Source: Candidatus Bathyarchaeota archaeon
GTDB taxonomy: Archaea; Thermoproteota; Bathyarchaeia; Bathyarchaeales; Bathycorpusculaceae
Direction: 5' to 3'
DNA length: 64,000 bases
Assembly: GCA_963811105.1 (NCBI GenBank)
Contig: CAWEPZ010000011.1
Location: 96,001-160,000, forward strand
Position numbers and translations under genes: made by a program. Below the pieces are notes generated by a model, which saw only the letters and a program-made list of their open reading frames with translations, made no database searches and was not told where the DNA came from. Shown here in pieces: positions 1-11,179 of the stretch (positions are counted from its first letter, which is position 1; each line of letters begins with the position of its first letter).

Positions 1-228
1 ATAACTGAAAGAGTTAAGCCTGATAAACTTAAGCAAACACCAAGAAGAGTGAATGAATTACTGATAGACTTCATTGTTTAGACCGTAGTTAAGTTAGGAT
101 GCCCTCTGTTTCCACTCATATCTTAAGTAATCATTCATGCGTATCATGCTTTTAAATAAAGCTTAAAGCTTTTCCATAAAAAAGAATAACAGAAGAATTT
201 TGGAGAAGTGCCAAAGTTACGGCAAGGT

Positions 229-807
229 TTAGTTCAAACCCAGCTTGTAGTAACGGTATTTCCTTACAAGCGCACCAAACGCTAAAACTTCCGCAAAAAA
301 TGCCAAAGACACCATAATTGGCGTTAATGTTATTCCCCATGGAGTATAGTTAAGCACTAGTCCTACAAGCGGCACAATCGCAAGACTCAACCCTATTGAC
401 AAAGCCAACCTTTCCAGCTCATCTAACTCTTTGCCTCTTGGATAAAGCACTGAAATAAGCATGAATCCCGGCAAAAACAAAATAAAAATTCCGCCTAAAA
501 CGTAGCGAAAATAAAGAAGCAAGGTACTATCAACAGTGAAAACAACTAGCATCGTAACAGCAACTAGAACGGTTGTACCCCAAAACCACATGCTCTCTAG
601 ATTTAAAAGATAACTTGCTAAAGATGAAGAAGGCTTAGCTTCTGAAAGATCTAAAGTTCCTTTTTTCCATTCAACGTAGACTACTCTTGTAGCTTCTTTG
701 AATTTAATGCCTTTCTTATTAACTAAATTCTCAACAAGTTCAGAGACAGTAGGCTGACCTAACGATTTAGCGGTTTCCAGAACAACTTTATCTAAATCGG
801 CAACCAA
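229..807 (-). CDS. DUF1616-family membrane protein
   Basis: LFLPGF...LYP...ELDELERLALSIGLSLAIVPLVGLVLNYTPWGI motif. Probable TTG start at 807 after GGAGG; the track ORF extends to 903. Confidence 0.75.
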   Translation of the reverse strand: MVADLDKVVLETAKSLGQPTVSELVENLVNKKGIKFKEATRVVYVEWKKGTLDLSEAKPSSSLASYLLNLESMWFWGTTVLVAVTMLVVFTVDSTLLLYFRYVLGGIFILFLPGFMLISVLYPRGKELDELERLALSIGLSLAIVPLVGLVLNYTPWGITLTPIMVSLAFFAEVLAFGALVRKYRYYKLGLN

Positions 808-912
808 GTCCCTACTTCCTCCATCAGAGCAACAACAATAGAGGTAATCCTTGTCAATTTTTATATATGTCTTATGCTTAGACATCGTTATTTCAGGGAA
901 CAAGATAGGGTA

Positions 913-1888
913 ATGAAAACTACAGCAAAACTAAGGATTATACTTCTGCTAATATTAATCACGGTTCCAGCAATAGCCCTAACCTGTGGTCAATCAGCAA
1001 TAACCAATACTGTTGCACAAAACGCAACCTACAACGCGTACAAAGCAATCGTCAAAGCCTCTATCGCAGGTGCTGACACAAATCAACTCATACAACAACT
1101 AAACCAAGCTGTAAACTTAACAGCCCAAGCCCAACAACTCATGACTACTAACTCCCAACAAGCCCAAGAACTAGCTGACCAAGCACAAACAATAGCTCAA
1201 AACGTTACACAGCAAGCAATAACAGCTCAACAATCAGCATCTAACATATTGCCAGCAATTGTTGTAATAACAGCTGTGATCTTAATAGCAGCAGGCATTC
1301 TGGTCTATGTATTTGGTCCAAAAGTTCTTTGGAGAATTTGGTTCAATCTTAGGAAGAACTATCGAGTAAAAACCAAAAATCCCTCAACAAATAATAAACC
1401 CTTAGTTATTACAGCAGAACAATTTTGCGCCGTAGTTTTAGGTATAACAATAATTATTGCGTTTTTTTCCTTTTCACAAATTATACTTCCGAAAAATCAA
1501 GGTGAACAATTCTCAGAATTAGGTGTCCTGGGGCCAAACATGAAGTTAGGTGACTATCCTTCTCAAGTGGTTGCTAGTGACACGCGTTAACCTATATGTT
1601 TATGTTGGCAACCAAATGGGAATTCCAATGTACTATACTGTTATGGTAAAACTTGGAAACAATGATACAGCTGTAAACCCAGCTTCCATAACTCCAATTC
1701 AACAGTTTAGCCAAGTATTGCCGAGCAATCAAACATGGACTTTTCCGGTAAACGTAACTTTAACTCAGCCTGGTTTAAATCAAAGAATAATATTTGAACT
1801 TTGGACGTACAATCAAACCCTAAACCAAAACCAATACGACCAAAGATGGAGCCAACTATGGCTCAACGTAACTGCACCAGCTAGTTAA
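913..1888 (+). pseudogene. DUF1616 C-terminal-domain membrane protein, frameshifted near 1585
   Basis: GEQFSELGVLGP..LGDYP in the first ORF continues as VNLYVYVGNQMG...RIIFELW...QLWLNVT in the overlapping ORF. Could be a sequencing error. Confidence 0.7.
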
Positions 1889-2040
1889 CTCTGGCGATGC
1901 AAATTTGAAAGTAAGAAAAAGATTGAAACGAACGAGTCTATTATGGCAGGCGTTCTGAAAAAGTCGGTTTATATGACTCAGGTTTTCCAACCTACTTTTT
2001 TGCACCAGAAATCCTCGGTAAAAATGTTGAAGATAATCTG

Positions 2041-2718
2041 CTATTTGGATGTGATTTTTAACCATGCTTTTCTTTTTACAAAGATAAACGAGGTAAGGCT
2101 GGTTATGAGAAAGGTACCCATCGTTAAAGAGGCGGGAAAGGCCCACTCAAAATGTTGTGTTGTCCAAAGGCCAACAGATAGAAAAGCGTAAAACGAAACT
2201 AACCCCGTAATCAATTGAAGCAAATGAATTACTTTTCGTGCACTATAAGCCTTAGACTTTAAAGCTTTCAAGGCAAACTCGATTCTTTTCGACACATCAG
2301 GAAGGTCATCTAAGAGCAGGGTAAATCCGGCTAAGACAAAGAATTTCCCTGCATTAACCGCTACGCTTTGATTGTACACCAGAAAAAGATTGGATACAGA
2401 AACTGGTGTAAACGCCATTACAAAAACTACAGAAAATAGCAAGATAAGAAAGCCATAAACGTAATGATGAAACAAGAATCGTCCAGTGTGCAAAGTTCGT
2501 CCCAAACTTGCACTGGGAAAAATGTTCACGGTCGCTGCAATAATTACTAGGAAGAAAACACTTCCGTTAATAAGATAGGGTGAATACGGCTGCCAATATG
2601 GAAAAGCACGGTAATAATTAAACATGATTTGAGCTACAGAAGCTAAAGTTACGAGTGAATTAAGAACCAGTGATAGACTGAATATTTTCTTTGTGATTAC
2701 CCGAATAGAACCAACCAT
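2041..2718 (-). CDS. Uncharacterised multi-pass membrane protein
   Basis: 225 aa, about 6 hydrophobic segments, LHTGRFLFHHYVYG motif. Confidence 0.65.
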   Translation of the reverse strand: MVGSIRVITKKIFSLSLVLNSLVTLASVAQIMFNYYRAFPYWQPYSPYLINGSVFFLVIIAATVNIFPSASLGRTLHTGRFLFHHYVYGFLILLFSVVFVMAFTPVSVSNLFLVYNQSVAVNAGKFFVLAGFTLLLDDLPDVSKRIEFALKALKSKAYSARKVIHLLQLITGLVSFYAFLSVGLWTTQHFEWAFPASLTMGTFLITSLTSFIFVKRKAWLKITSK

Positions 2719-2902
2719 GCTGAACCCTTAGAAATTACTGCTTTAGATTTTTTATGAATTTATTATATTGCTTAGGCTATTTAATTAAATCAAGGTTTTG
2801 CAACGTTTGAAAATGCGTGCAGCCCCTTCTGGATTTTGGGGTAAAACACTCAGCTGCCAATCAACAAAGCTTTTGTATTCATCCGTCCAATGAAATCTGT
2901 CT

Positions 2903-4528
2903 GTGCAGGTATTGAACGTGCGCCTTGGATGGAAACTGCTCTTAGTCCTTTTGCCCGTGCTTGTAGCTGTGGCGCTTAGGATCTATCCTTATCTTTTGAC
3001 TGGTGCGCCATGGGGAGTAGACAGCTGGACGCTTATAAGAAACTCGAACCAGCTACTTTCATATTCTCCAATTCCGCTTGTGGGCAACCCGATCTTTGAT
3101 ACCTACAACATTTGTTGGCCAGCCGTAACCATCTTTGGCTCTGTGGCGTCTCTGGTTTTCGGTGTTTTGCCTTTGAATTTGATGCCGTTCTTAATTCCTC
3201 TTGTAGGCTCGTTAACCACGTTCTTTCTTTTTGTGGTGGTCAAAAAGTTAACGGGTAATTTTCTGCTTGCGTCGGTAGCGGCGACTTTTTTTGCAGCTGC
3301 ATCGTTTGATTCAATATTCACGGCGTCTGTGACGAAGGAGACCTTTGCGCTTCCCCTCTTTATGATTGGCGTGTTGCTGCTTCTCAGAAAAGGGAAAATG
3401 CCCAACTTAATTATTTTCTCAGTTGTTTCGCTGGGTATAATTATGTCGCACTTTGCTTTAGCGTTCATTCTTTTCCTTTTGGCGGCTGAAGTTTCTGTCG
3501 TTCCTTTGTTGATGCGGCCCCGCGGTGAGAGAAATCAACCTGAAAAGCTGCTTTACCCAACAATAATGGGACTCGTTGGACTTGCTTATTATTTCATCTA
3601 CCTTAACGCAAGCCCAGTGGGTATAACTTTTACATTGGGCGATGGTTTATCTTTGTTTGCTTTCCTCAGTCTTTTGGCTGGGTTTCAGGTAGGTTTTCAA
3701 CCGCGTCCTGGAAAAAAAAATTCGTCAAAACGCTGGGCAATTCCAGTAATCGCAATAGCTATTACTTTCGCTCTTCTTGTGGTTGGAACAAGAACTGCAA
3801 TCCTTCCATTTGCCCCTACACTTACAGCGGATCTAGTGATAGATGCGGCACCATACCTTGTGGTTGGTATGATGGCAGCGGTGGGGTACCTGTTGCTTAA
3901 ACAATCAGAGAACCCATCATATGGGTTTCTGTCGCTCTGGCTTGGCGTCCCCTTGGTTTTGGTAGCTTTTTCCGTCTTCGGAGCAGGTCAAGGCATAGGA
4001 TTAGTCTACAGGCTCTTCACATTTCTTTTCATGCCACTTGGAGTGTTCGCGGCTTTCGCCTTGATAAGATTCGTCAAAGGAGGCAGCAGAATTCGTCATG
4101 CCACCAAGATTTCTGTAGCTGTTGCTTTTCTGTGTGTGATGGTTTTTGCGCTCTCTTTCCAAAGTTATTCCGCGGTTGCAGAACATAATAACTTTCTGGG
4201 CGGTGAGTGGGGGTTTAAGCAGTCGGATTTGTCTGCATCCCGCTGGGTTAATTCCACCCTTCCGTCAAACACAACCTTCTTGGGGGACTCTAAAGTTTAC
4301 GGGCTTTTCGGCTACTTCGGGCTTAAACCAAATATATACTATGGATATGCCTATCTAACTGGCGTTTCAACCTGGAATGGTGAACCACTCTTCACGTATT
4401 CCCTTATGTCTAAAAACGGTTACGACCTTGCTCTTTATGGTGAACCCTTACCCGTTGACTGGTCCACTAAACTGAGCAACAGCATGTCGCTTGTCTACTC
4501 AAACGGGAACGATAAACTTTGGGTTTAG
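2903..4528 (+). CDS. Polytopic membrane protein, GT-C/DUF2206-like
   Basis: 541 aa, more than 10 TM helices, early G-x-D-S-W luminal motif, C-terminal LVYSNG typical of archaeal glycosylation-associated membrane proteins. Confidence 0.6.
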   Translation: MQVLNVRLGWKLLLVLLPVLVAVALRIYPYLLTGAPWGVDSWTLIRNSNQLLSYSPIPLVGNPIFDTYNICWPAVTIFGSVASLVFGVLPLNLMPFLIPLVGSLTTFFLFVVVKKLTGNFLLASVAATFFAAASFDSIFTASVTKETFALPLFMIGVLLLLRKGKMPNLIIFSVVSLGIIMSHFALAFILFLLAAEVSVVPLLMRPRGERNQPEKLLYPTIMGLVGLAYYFIYLNASPVGITFTLGDGLSLFAFLSLLAGFQVGFQPRPGKKNSSKRWAIPVIAIAITFALLVVGTRTAILPFAPTLTADLVIDAAPYLVVGMMAAVGYLLLKQSENPSYGFLSLWLGVPLVLVAFSVFGAGQGIGLVYRLFTFLFMPLGVFAAFALIRFVKGGSRIRHATKISVAVAFLCVMVFALSFQSYSAVAEHNNFLGGEWGFKQSDLSASRWVNSTLPSNTTFLGDSKVYGLFGYFGLKPNIYYGYAYLTGVSTWNGEPLFTYSLMSKNGYDLALYGEPLPVDWSTKLSNSMSLVYSNGNDKLWV

Positions 4529-4628
4529 GTGCTGCCTCGAAAGTATGTCGTAGATTAATTTCCTTTTCAAGGCAACAGCTAATAAGTTAAGAACAAGAAT
4601 AATCCGTTCAGAAAAGTGAAACATAGTC

Positions 4629-5207
4629 ATGTCTTCGCTTGCATTCCGCCTTTGCATAGGTCGATCTAACGACTTCATAAAGCAGATCCTGACCCTAGCC
4701 GCTATCGTTGGCTTAATCACAAGTGGATTATCCATAAGCAACATGGCGTACAGTTTTTTTAATACCGGAACCGCATCAAGATTCGAAGTCGTAACTTCGA
4801 GCCTTCTAATTGAATTAACAACCATTTTTTGGGTTTGGCTTGTTGCAGCTTGGTCTCTTCTCGCTGTGTCTTCATACATTGTTGGTCTTCAGTCCATACG
4901 TTCCATGATTCCGACAATGAGTATCCTCTGGCAAACAGGCTCTTCAAAAAAGATGTATCGAACAATGATTTTACTCCGTTTACTGCTTCTTGCAACATTA
5001 AGCTGGCTCTTCGGCTGGACCGGCGGACTTGTCGCATCCCAAATGTCGTACAGACTTGCCGCATACGCAATAAAGGCGCCATATGCAATTCCAACTCTAC
5101 AGCTCATGGATCTGGTAAACCTTCTCGCCCTCACCTTCGCAGCTGTGTTCGCAGGCGGCTTATATTTTGTAATCAAAACAAGAAAACTCGATGAATCAGG
5201 AGAATAA
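4629..5207 (+). CDS. FtsX-like small permease subunit
   Basis: 4 TM segments; ILWQTGSSKK resembles the FtsX ILRxxG motif; adjacent to a permease. Confidence 0.5.
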   Translation: MSSLAFRLCIGRSNDFIKQILTLAAIVGLITSGLSISNMAYSFFNTGTASRFEVVTSSLLIELTTIFWVWLVAAWSLLAVSSYIVGLQSIRSMIPTMSILWQTGSSKKMYRTMILLRLLLLATLSWLFGWTGGLVASQMSYRLAAYAIKAPYAIPTLQLMDLVNLLALTFAAVFAGGLYFVIKTRKLDESGE

Positions 5208-5215
5208 ATGACGGC

Positions 5216-6397
5216 ATGATTCGTTTCTTCCTTCGGCTTCTATCAAAACGCGCTCTGATTCCCTTTGCAATCTGCGTGCTTACCGTTGCCGCCGTAACTT
5301 CGACTACAGGCCTGCTCTTAATGGGAGCTTTATCAACTGTACCATATTCAATCGGCGAGCGCAATAATGTAATCGCGCTTTATTCAAACAGCTCACAACT
5401 GCCCCAAACAAGTCTAATCCCAATCCAATTGGCTTCAAATCTGAGCAGTGTACAGGGGGTTCAAATCGTAAGCCCTGAAGCTCTCGCCACAGTTGCAGTT
5501 GACGGCCAAATTGTCTACCTCAGAGGCATGAATATGAGCCTCTTAAGGGATTTAGACAGCTCGACACTGATTACAGGTGCATGGCCTAATAATCAAGTGG
5601 GCAGTAGCGCTATGGTTGGTCAGCGGTTAGCAAACCGTCTCCATCTGACTGCGGGTGAAAACATTACAATTCAATCCTCATTCGGAAACTTTTCCAGCCC
5701 TCTGACTCTATCTGGAGTTTTCAGCACCAACGATGCGCTCAACGATGAACTTATCGCTCAGCTCCCAATAGGACAGATGATGCGTTTATCAACGAACAGC
5801 TATGTTTCCATCATAAGAATGAAAGTGGACCCCAGCATGTTCCATTTCAGCTCCGTACAGAGCCTTCTTGGAGGCAGCGAAACAAATAGCACCTCAAGCA
5901 CAAGCAGTGCTTTGCAGAATTTTCCCATAACAAGTATCACAAATATCGGTCAGTACTTGGTCGGTAATCCCCTTGAAGCCATGGGTCAAATACTTTCAAG
6001 AAGCATCGGTTTATCCGAAACCGCCCTCTGGGCTCTCTTTCTCGTAGTTTTCACAGCTTCGATTCTCTCACTTTACTACAGTTTGGCGTGGGGTGTCAAA
6101 GAGAACATATGTCTATTCTCAGTAATCTCTGAGCTCGGCATGACCAGGCGAGGAAAGGTTGGTTTATTCTCTGCCTTCGCCGCAACTCTCGCGATTATCT
6201 TCGGTGTCTTGGGGTATTCTTTGGCGAACGTGATGTTACTGATATTCACAAATATGGGTGATTTGCAGGTTCTGTTTCATACAATGGTCGTAACTTTCAA
6301 TCCGTTGGTTCTCTTATTTTCCGTTGCACTTATCGTTTCAACAGTTTTGGCTAGTATTTGGAAGATTAACTTTGCTGAGACACCTGAAGAAATATGA
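5216..6397 (+). CDS. MacB/FtsX-family ABC permease
   Basis: TM1, large extracytoplasmic domain (GAWP..AMVGQRLANRLHLTAGE..LSGVF), then 3 TM. Confidence 0.75.
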   Translation: MIRFFLRLLSKRALIPFAICVLTVAAVTSTTGLLLMGALSTVPYSIGERNNVIALYSNSSQLPQTSLIPIQLASNLSSVQGVQIVSPEALATVAVDGQIVYLRGMNMSLLRDLDSSTLITGAWPNNQVGSSAMVGQRLANRLHLTAGENITIQSSFGNFSSPLTLSGVFSTNDALNDELIAQLPIGQMMRLSTNSYVSIIRMKVDPSMFHFSSVQSLLGGSETNSTSSTSSALQNFPITSITNIGQYLVGNPLEAMGQILSRSIGLSETALWALFLVVFTASILSLYYSLAWGVKENICLFSVISELGMTRRGKVGLFSAFAATLAIIFGVLGYSLANVMLLIFTNMGDLQVLFHTMVVTFNPLVLLFSVALIVSTVLASIWKINFAETPEEI

Positions 6398-6428
6398 CGC
6401 CATAAGCCCGAGCGGATTTTTCCGAAGT

Positions 6429-7097
6429 CTATTCTTTGATTTCTAAAGTTCCATGTGAGAGATGATATTGGGTTCTAGCCACAGCCGACTCCTCAAGACT
6501 GGTCGTTGTCATTAAGATGGATGTGCCGAACTCCTTGTTTAACCGCCTAAAAAGGTCGAATAAGATCTCCGCGTTGTCCTCGTCCAGATGCGCCGTGGGT
6601 TCATCAGCTAGTATCAACGCAGGCTGATTCGCTAAAGCTCTAAGCACAGCAACTCTTTGTTGCTCTCCAAGGCTCATTTGATGAGGAAACCTATCCGCGA
6701 GGCTCTTTAGGCCAAACTTATTGAGCAGTTCCAAAGCTCTTTCCTTCCTTTTAGCAGTGTTAACCTTTTTCAGCCAAAGAGGCACTTCGATATTTTCCGT
6801 GGCAGTTATGTGGGGTATCAAATTGAGGGATTGAAAAACAAACCCAATCTTCTCAAGTCTAAGTTTTGCACGCTGCTTCTCACTTAAATCGTTTGTAGCT
6901 TGACCAAAAAGATACAGTTCTCCTCGATCCATCTTCTCTAGGAGACCTACGATCCTAAGAAGAGTGGATTTTCCTGCGCCAGAGCGTCCCTGTATTGAAA
7001 CGAAATCGGCTTCGTCGAAAGTAAGGTGCACGCTCCTGAGAACGAATTGCTCGTCAACGTAAGTCTTCCAAATGTCTTTTGCTACCAAAATCGCCAA
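6429..7097 (-). CDS. LolD/MacB-type ABC ATPase
   Basis: Walker A GRSGAGKST, GFVFQ Q-loop, ILADEPT Walker B; signature and H-loop atypical. Confidence 0.9.
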   Translation of the reverse strand: MAILVAKDIWKTYVDEQFVLRSVHLTFDEADFVSIQGRSGAGKSTLLRIVGLLEKMDRGELYLFGQATNDLSEKQRAKLRLEKIGFVFQSLNLIPHITATENIEVPLWLKKVNTAKRKERALELLNKFGLKSLADRFPHQMSLGEQQRVAVLRALANQPALILADEPTAHLDEDNAEILFDLFRRLNKEFGTSILMTTTSLEESAVARTQYHLSHGTLEIKE

Positions 7098-7577
7098 CTA
7101 AGTGCCTCCCAAAGATACATTTCCGTTTTCTCCACTGACGTCTATCAGTTCTCGAATCGCCACAGCCCTTTATAAAATTTAGGCAAGAACATCACAGTAG
7201 CGCGATTTTGAGCACAAGCCAATGACCCAGCAGTACTTTATGAGATTAACCTGCGATGAGTACTCAAAAAATGTTAGTTTATTGGGCAATTTTGGCAAAT
7301 TTGGAGGTGAAACAAAGCCTGGACGACGAAAACTTTGGCCTATTTCTATTTATACTCAGCAACCGTTTTTTTTAAAAAATTGAGAAAATGTTGATTTCTA
7401 CCTCCATTAGTAATCTAAATATAAACTGTAAAAATCCTTTTTCCTTTTTCTGTTGAATTTACTTCTTCAATCTATTGTGTCAAGATTCTTGGGTATGCCA
7501 TTGGAGTTTCAGATCAAACTTCTTTTTTGTTAAGAAGACACAAAGAAAGTTAAGTAAAACCTTAACTATATTATGTA

Positions 7578-7826
7578 TTAATCTTTAAAAGAACGCAAAA
7601 TTACATATCCGTTTTGTTCTTTCATATACAGCTGATATCTTTTCAATATTCCGTTTATGATATCTCTTGAAACGTTGTCTAATTCGCATTTCATCTTTAT
7701 CTCATAGCCACCAGTTAGTACATGAGATACCTGTGAACCGTCAATGGAAACGCAGTTCATAACCAACGATTTATTTAAGGCATCACGAATCTCGCTCAAC
7801 ACTGCTAAAGCTTCCGTCTTGTTCAT
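7578..7826 (-). CDS. Small hypothetical protein
   Basis: Globular-looking 82-aa ORF with ATG start, isolated in AT-rich DNA. Confidence 0.55.
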   Translation of the reverse strand: MNKTEALAVLSEIRDALNKSLVMNCVSIDGSQVSHVLTGGYEIKMKCELDNVSRDIINGILKRYQLYMKEQNGYVILRSFKD

Positions 7827-8587
7827 AAAGAACACACGTCATATATCTACAACAGGTTGTACTAATAATTTATGCAGGACCCTATTCACAAGATTCAAAG
7901 AATTCATTTTGTTTCAGTGTGATCGGGTTATTTTCGACACAAAATACTCTACTATTGTAAACTTTGTAAACCACACAAAAGTTAAACAAAACTCAACTCA
8001 CTTATGTTCTTTAAATATTAATCGTTTTGTGTCGTCAAGATTATGCGCGTTTTAGTTTCTCGGGAAAGTGCTCAAGTGTTTCTGCAGCTTCTTTTGAGAA
8101 CCATATAGTGGTTGTTTCGTTCATTAGTTTCCTCTAAACAGGCTCTTGTGTACATGGTGACAGAATATCTTATTTTATAAGCTTTGATAGTTCAAGATTC
8201 CCCTCAGGACCAATTGTCTAAAAAATGTGTGGATGAACCACATCAAACCTTTACGATGAAACCATCGAAACTACTCAAAAGCTTGTTCAGCCAAATCGCC
8301 ATGAACAAGAAAGTGGCACTATCACTAACCTCAATAAACTGTGCGCAAGAATAGTAAATGAATCTTTTCTATTTTTTTCGGGTTTTCTTTAATGCTTTGA
8401 TTAAAGGTTGTGAATAGTCATCTTGAACTTCAATTTCTGAAAGCGGGACCTTAGCTTTTTTTTTCATACGTAAACACTCATGATAATGATTTGTTTTTCG
8501 TAAATAAGAACGATATTTCCAACTTCAGAATATTCTAATTGTGAATGATCGATAAATTCAAAGAGAGTAAATGCAAAGTTGCTGGCG

Positions 8588-9259
8588 TTAGGAATTGCTT
8601 GAGTGCCGGTAGCGCCTTTTCGTCAACTCGGCCTCCTTGATGAATGCAATAGTTATGGATGCTATGAACAAGATCATCAGTAAGATTTGCCCAACCGATA
8701 TAGCCTCAATTTCAAGCTTGGAGAATCCATACGTCACTAGTTGCTCTAGCTCAGGTGTTTTAGCAGCAAGCCAAGTCAGAGAAGTAATCGAAACCAATGG
8801 GGCAACCATCAAGAGGTTTAACCGCTGTCCGCTTAGCATCCTGCGGAGGTCTCCGTTCCGCGACATAAGCAGAAGCGTCAACACGAAAGCGCCAGATTCC
8901 AGAATTGCATCGGCCAATGAGGGCATGCCAAATTTCAGTCCAACCGAGATGTTGCTTAGCGGCAAAATAATGGGGACGCTGCTTACTAAGAAGTCCCCGA
9001 TCAAGAGATGCGACAAAATACCAGCTACGTATGGCAGAGACTTTCTGTTCCATAATACTATAACAATGGCCACGGGAGCCCACAGAAGAAGAGAGTGAGT
9101 GTACGTGTGATGAACCAGACCTAATCCCTGAAACAAAATATCATAGTCAGGGACAACCCCGACTGTGAAGGCAAGCCATAGCGAAAGCTTTTCCTTTCTC
9201 CACTTAGCGAAACCCCACGCAACGAGGTAACCTATTGCTATGTGACCAAGAAGATACAT
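8588..9259 (-). CDS. Membrane-bound metal-dependent hydrolase (YdjM/DUF457-like)
   Basis: GH...PDYD...HHTYTHS...SHLLIGD motif set. Confidence 0.8.
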   Translation of the reverse strand: MYLLGHIAIGYLVAWGFAKWRKEKLSLWLAFTVGVVPDYDILFQGLGLVHHTYTHSLLLWAPVAIVIVLWNRKSLPYVAGILSHLLIGDFLVSSVPIILPLSNISVGLKFGMPSLADAILESGAFVLTLLLMSRNGDLRRMLSGQRLNLLMVAPLVSITSLTWLAAKTPELEQLVTYGFSKLEIEAISVGQILLMILFIASITIAFIKEAELTKRRYRHSSNS

Positions 9260-9697
9260 TGTGTCTTAGTTTGCTGCCCCGCCAAATAAACATTTAACCG
9301 AATAGAGGAAGTTGACATTCAGCTGATTTAGAAGACAGCAAAGAAAACTCTAAAACGGTTGCCTATTGCCAGAGTTTTTTTTTTTTGTGTATTTTTGCTT
9401 CTTTATTTATGAAATCAGCTTCTTAAATTGTTGGTTCGTTAAGGGCCTTATGAATAACTTGAGTGAATTGGATGAATTGTCCGTAACATCTTCAATTTTT
9501 GGTTCTGATTCAAAACGCTCTTCTATAAGCCTGACAGAAACCAAAATAAAGCTATTCTAACGTTCTATTAAGATTTTCTCCATAGAATATGACTGATTTA
9601 AGTATTGAGTCTTAATAAAATCTTAAATACTACTTCAAACTACGTTATTGGCAGTATTGGGTTTCTCCTTAAGGCAGATGAATGAAAACTGTCCGAC

Positions 9698-10516
9698 TTG
9701 GACAAGATAAATCTGTTACTGAGCCTGGGTTTGAGTCCTAATCAAGCAAAAGTATATCAATCCATCCTAAAATTAGGCAACGCTACAGCTATTCAAATGG
9801 CGGAATCTTCTTCGGTATATAGAGAAGATATCTACAAGGTTTTGCCGGCGCTTGAAAAGTTGGGTTTAGTAGAAAAGTTGCTCGGCAAACCAGCCATATT
9901 TCGGGCTACGCCTGTTGACGGTGCTTTGTCTTCTTTAATAGTTGACGAAAAAGTCAAATCTGATGAGAGAATAGCCTCAATGAAAGCGAAATTCAAAAAA
10001 ATATCTGAGGCGAAGTGGGTACTGCCTATTCATGTGGGCAACGATAAAAGTCTCTACGCTTTAATACCCGAAGGAAAACCTTTAATCGCTAAATTAGCCA
10101 GCTTAACCGCTAGCTCTAGGACTGATATTTTCTGGATGGCTACCCTGAATGAAATCTGTCACGTCATAACTCTAATTTTCGATGAAATCAAAAGAGCATC
10201 TCACAGGGGAGTGGCATTTAAGGTGATCATTGAGAATTTCGACGCTGATAAATCACAAAGAAAACAAGTGCAACATATCATAGACATCGATTCGGCCAAT
10301 ATTAGGGTTAACCATCAAACTCTAAATCGGTTCCTTGTTTTTGACAACAGAGAAGCAATGATTCCCACCACCGGAAAAAGCACATCTGAAGCTAATTCAG
10401 CATTGTGGACAACCGACACCAACCTTATCGGCGTTCTGAGAGGATACTTTGAGACCTCCTGGAGTGAATCCGAAGAACTAAAGCAAATCAATAACACCGA
10501 AGTAACTCAGCCTTAA
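9698..10516 (+). CDS. TrmB-family transcriptional regulator
   Basis: LGLSPNQAKVY...IYKVL..LEKLGLVEK..GKPAIF N-terminal wHTH plus effector domain ending YFETSW. Confidence 0.85.
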   Translation: MDKINLLLSLGLSPNQAKVYQSILKLGNATAIQMAESSSVYREDIYKVLPALEKLGLVEKLLGKPAIFRATPVDGALSSLIVDEKVKSDERIASMKAKFKKISEAKWVLPIHVGNDKSLYALIPEGKPLIAKLASLTASSRTDIFWMATLNEICHVITLIFDEIKRASHRGVAFKVIIENFDADKSQRKQVQHIIDIDSANIRVNHQTLNRFLVFDNREAMIPTTGKSTSEANSALWTTDTNLIGVLRGYFETSWSESEELKQINNTEVTQP

Positions 10517-10710
10517 CAAAACAATTCACAAACAGCAAGTGAGTATTGCAGGGTTTTGGTAGTTACCTTTTATTTCGCTTCAAACAAATTCGATTTCTTG
10601 TAAAGTTTGTCAACATCAAACCGGCAGAAAGTGTGCTTCACTTCTATCTAAGAAATACTGAGGTCTTACCAATACTTTATCATGAAATCTGTGAGAATTA
10701 GCAATATTCT

Positions 10711-11031
10711 TTATTGATTAATTATCATAGGTTCATTTTTTGTTTTGGTTGATTGGATTTTACTTTTTATTTTCGAAGTGGGAATTGCTCTATTCAGTTC
10801 TTTAAAGCACCTCACTAAGTAGATGCCTCGATCTGTAATCGCGTAGAAAATTCTATCCCGCTCAACGCATTTCTCTTCAACCGCACCTTGTTTAATCAGA
10901 AATTCAAAATAATTCTTCAATGTGTTACAGTTGACGTTAGCTTTTTGCATTACATGGGTTATCCTTAGAGGACCACTATAAAATAATGTTTCAAGTATAC
11001 CTAAACATGTTTCTAATTTGGATCGTCTCAA
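10711..11031 (-). CDS. Small winged-helix DNA-binding protein (HTH_45-like)
   Basis: MRRSKLE...GPLRITHVMQKANVN...YAITDRG pattern. Confidence 0.8.
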   Translation of the reverse strand: MRRSKLETCLGILETLFYSGPLRITHVMQKANVNCNTLKNYFEFLIKQGAVEEKCVERDRIFYAITDRGIYLVRCFKELNRAIPTSKIKSKIQSTKTKNEPMIINQ

Positions 11032-11179
11032 TTTTCAATCTCCTCTTTTCGAAGTTGAATCACTGTTTTGTTTTACAGCAGATGGTTGTTTTTCTGCCTC
11101 ATGTCGGCGGGTTGACTAGTTAGTTCTACAAGGGAAAATACACGTTAAGTCTTATCGTGCCTCTGTCAGAATTAGAAAA

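Noticed and set aside
1-74. Start of a minus-strand membrane protein running off the window
   Set aside because: Only about 25 codons visible; not enough to call.
1080-1240. CAA-rich quasi-repeats
   Set aside because: Explained by a Gln/Ala-rich helical coding segment.
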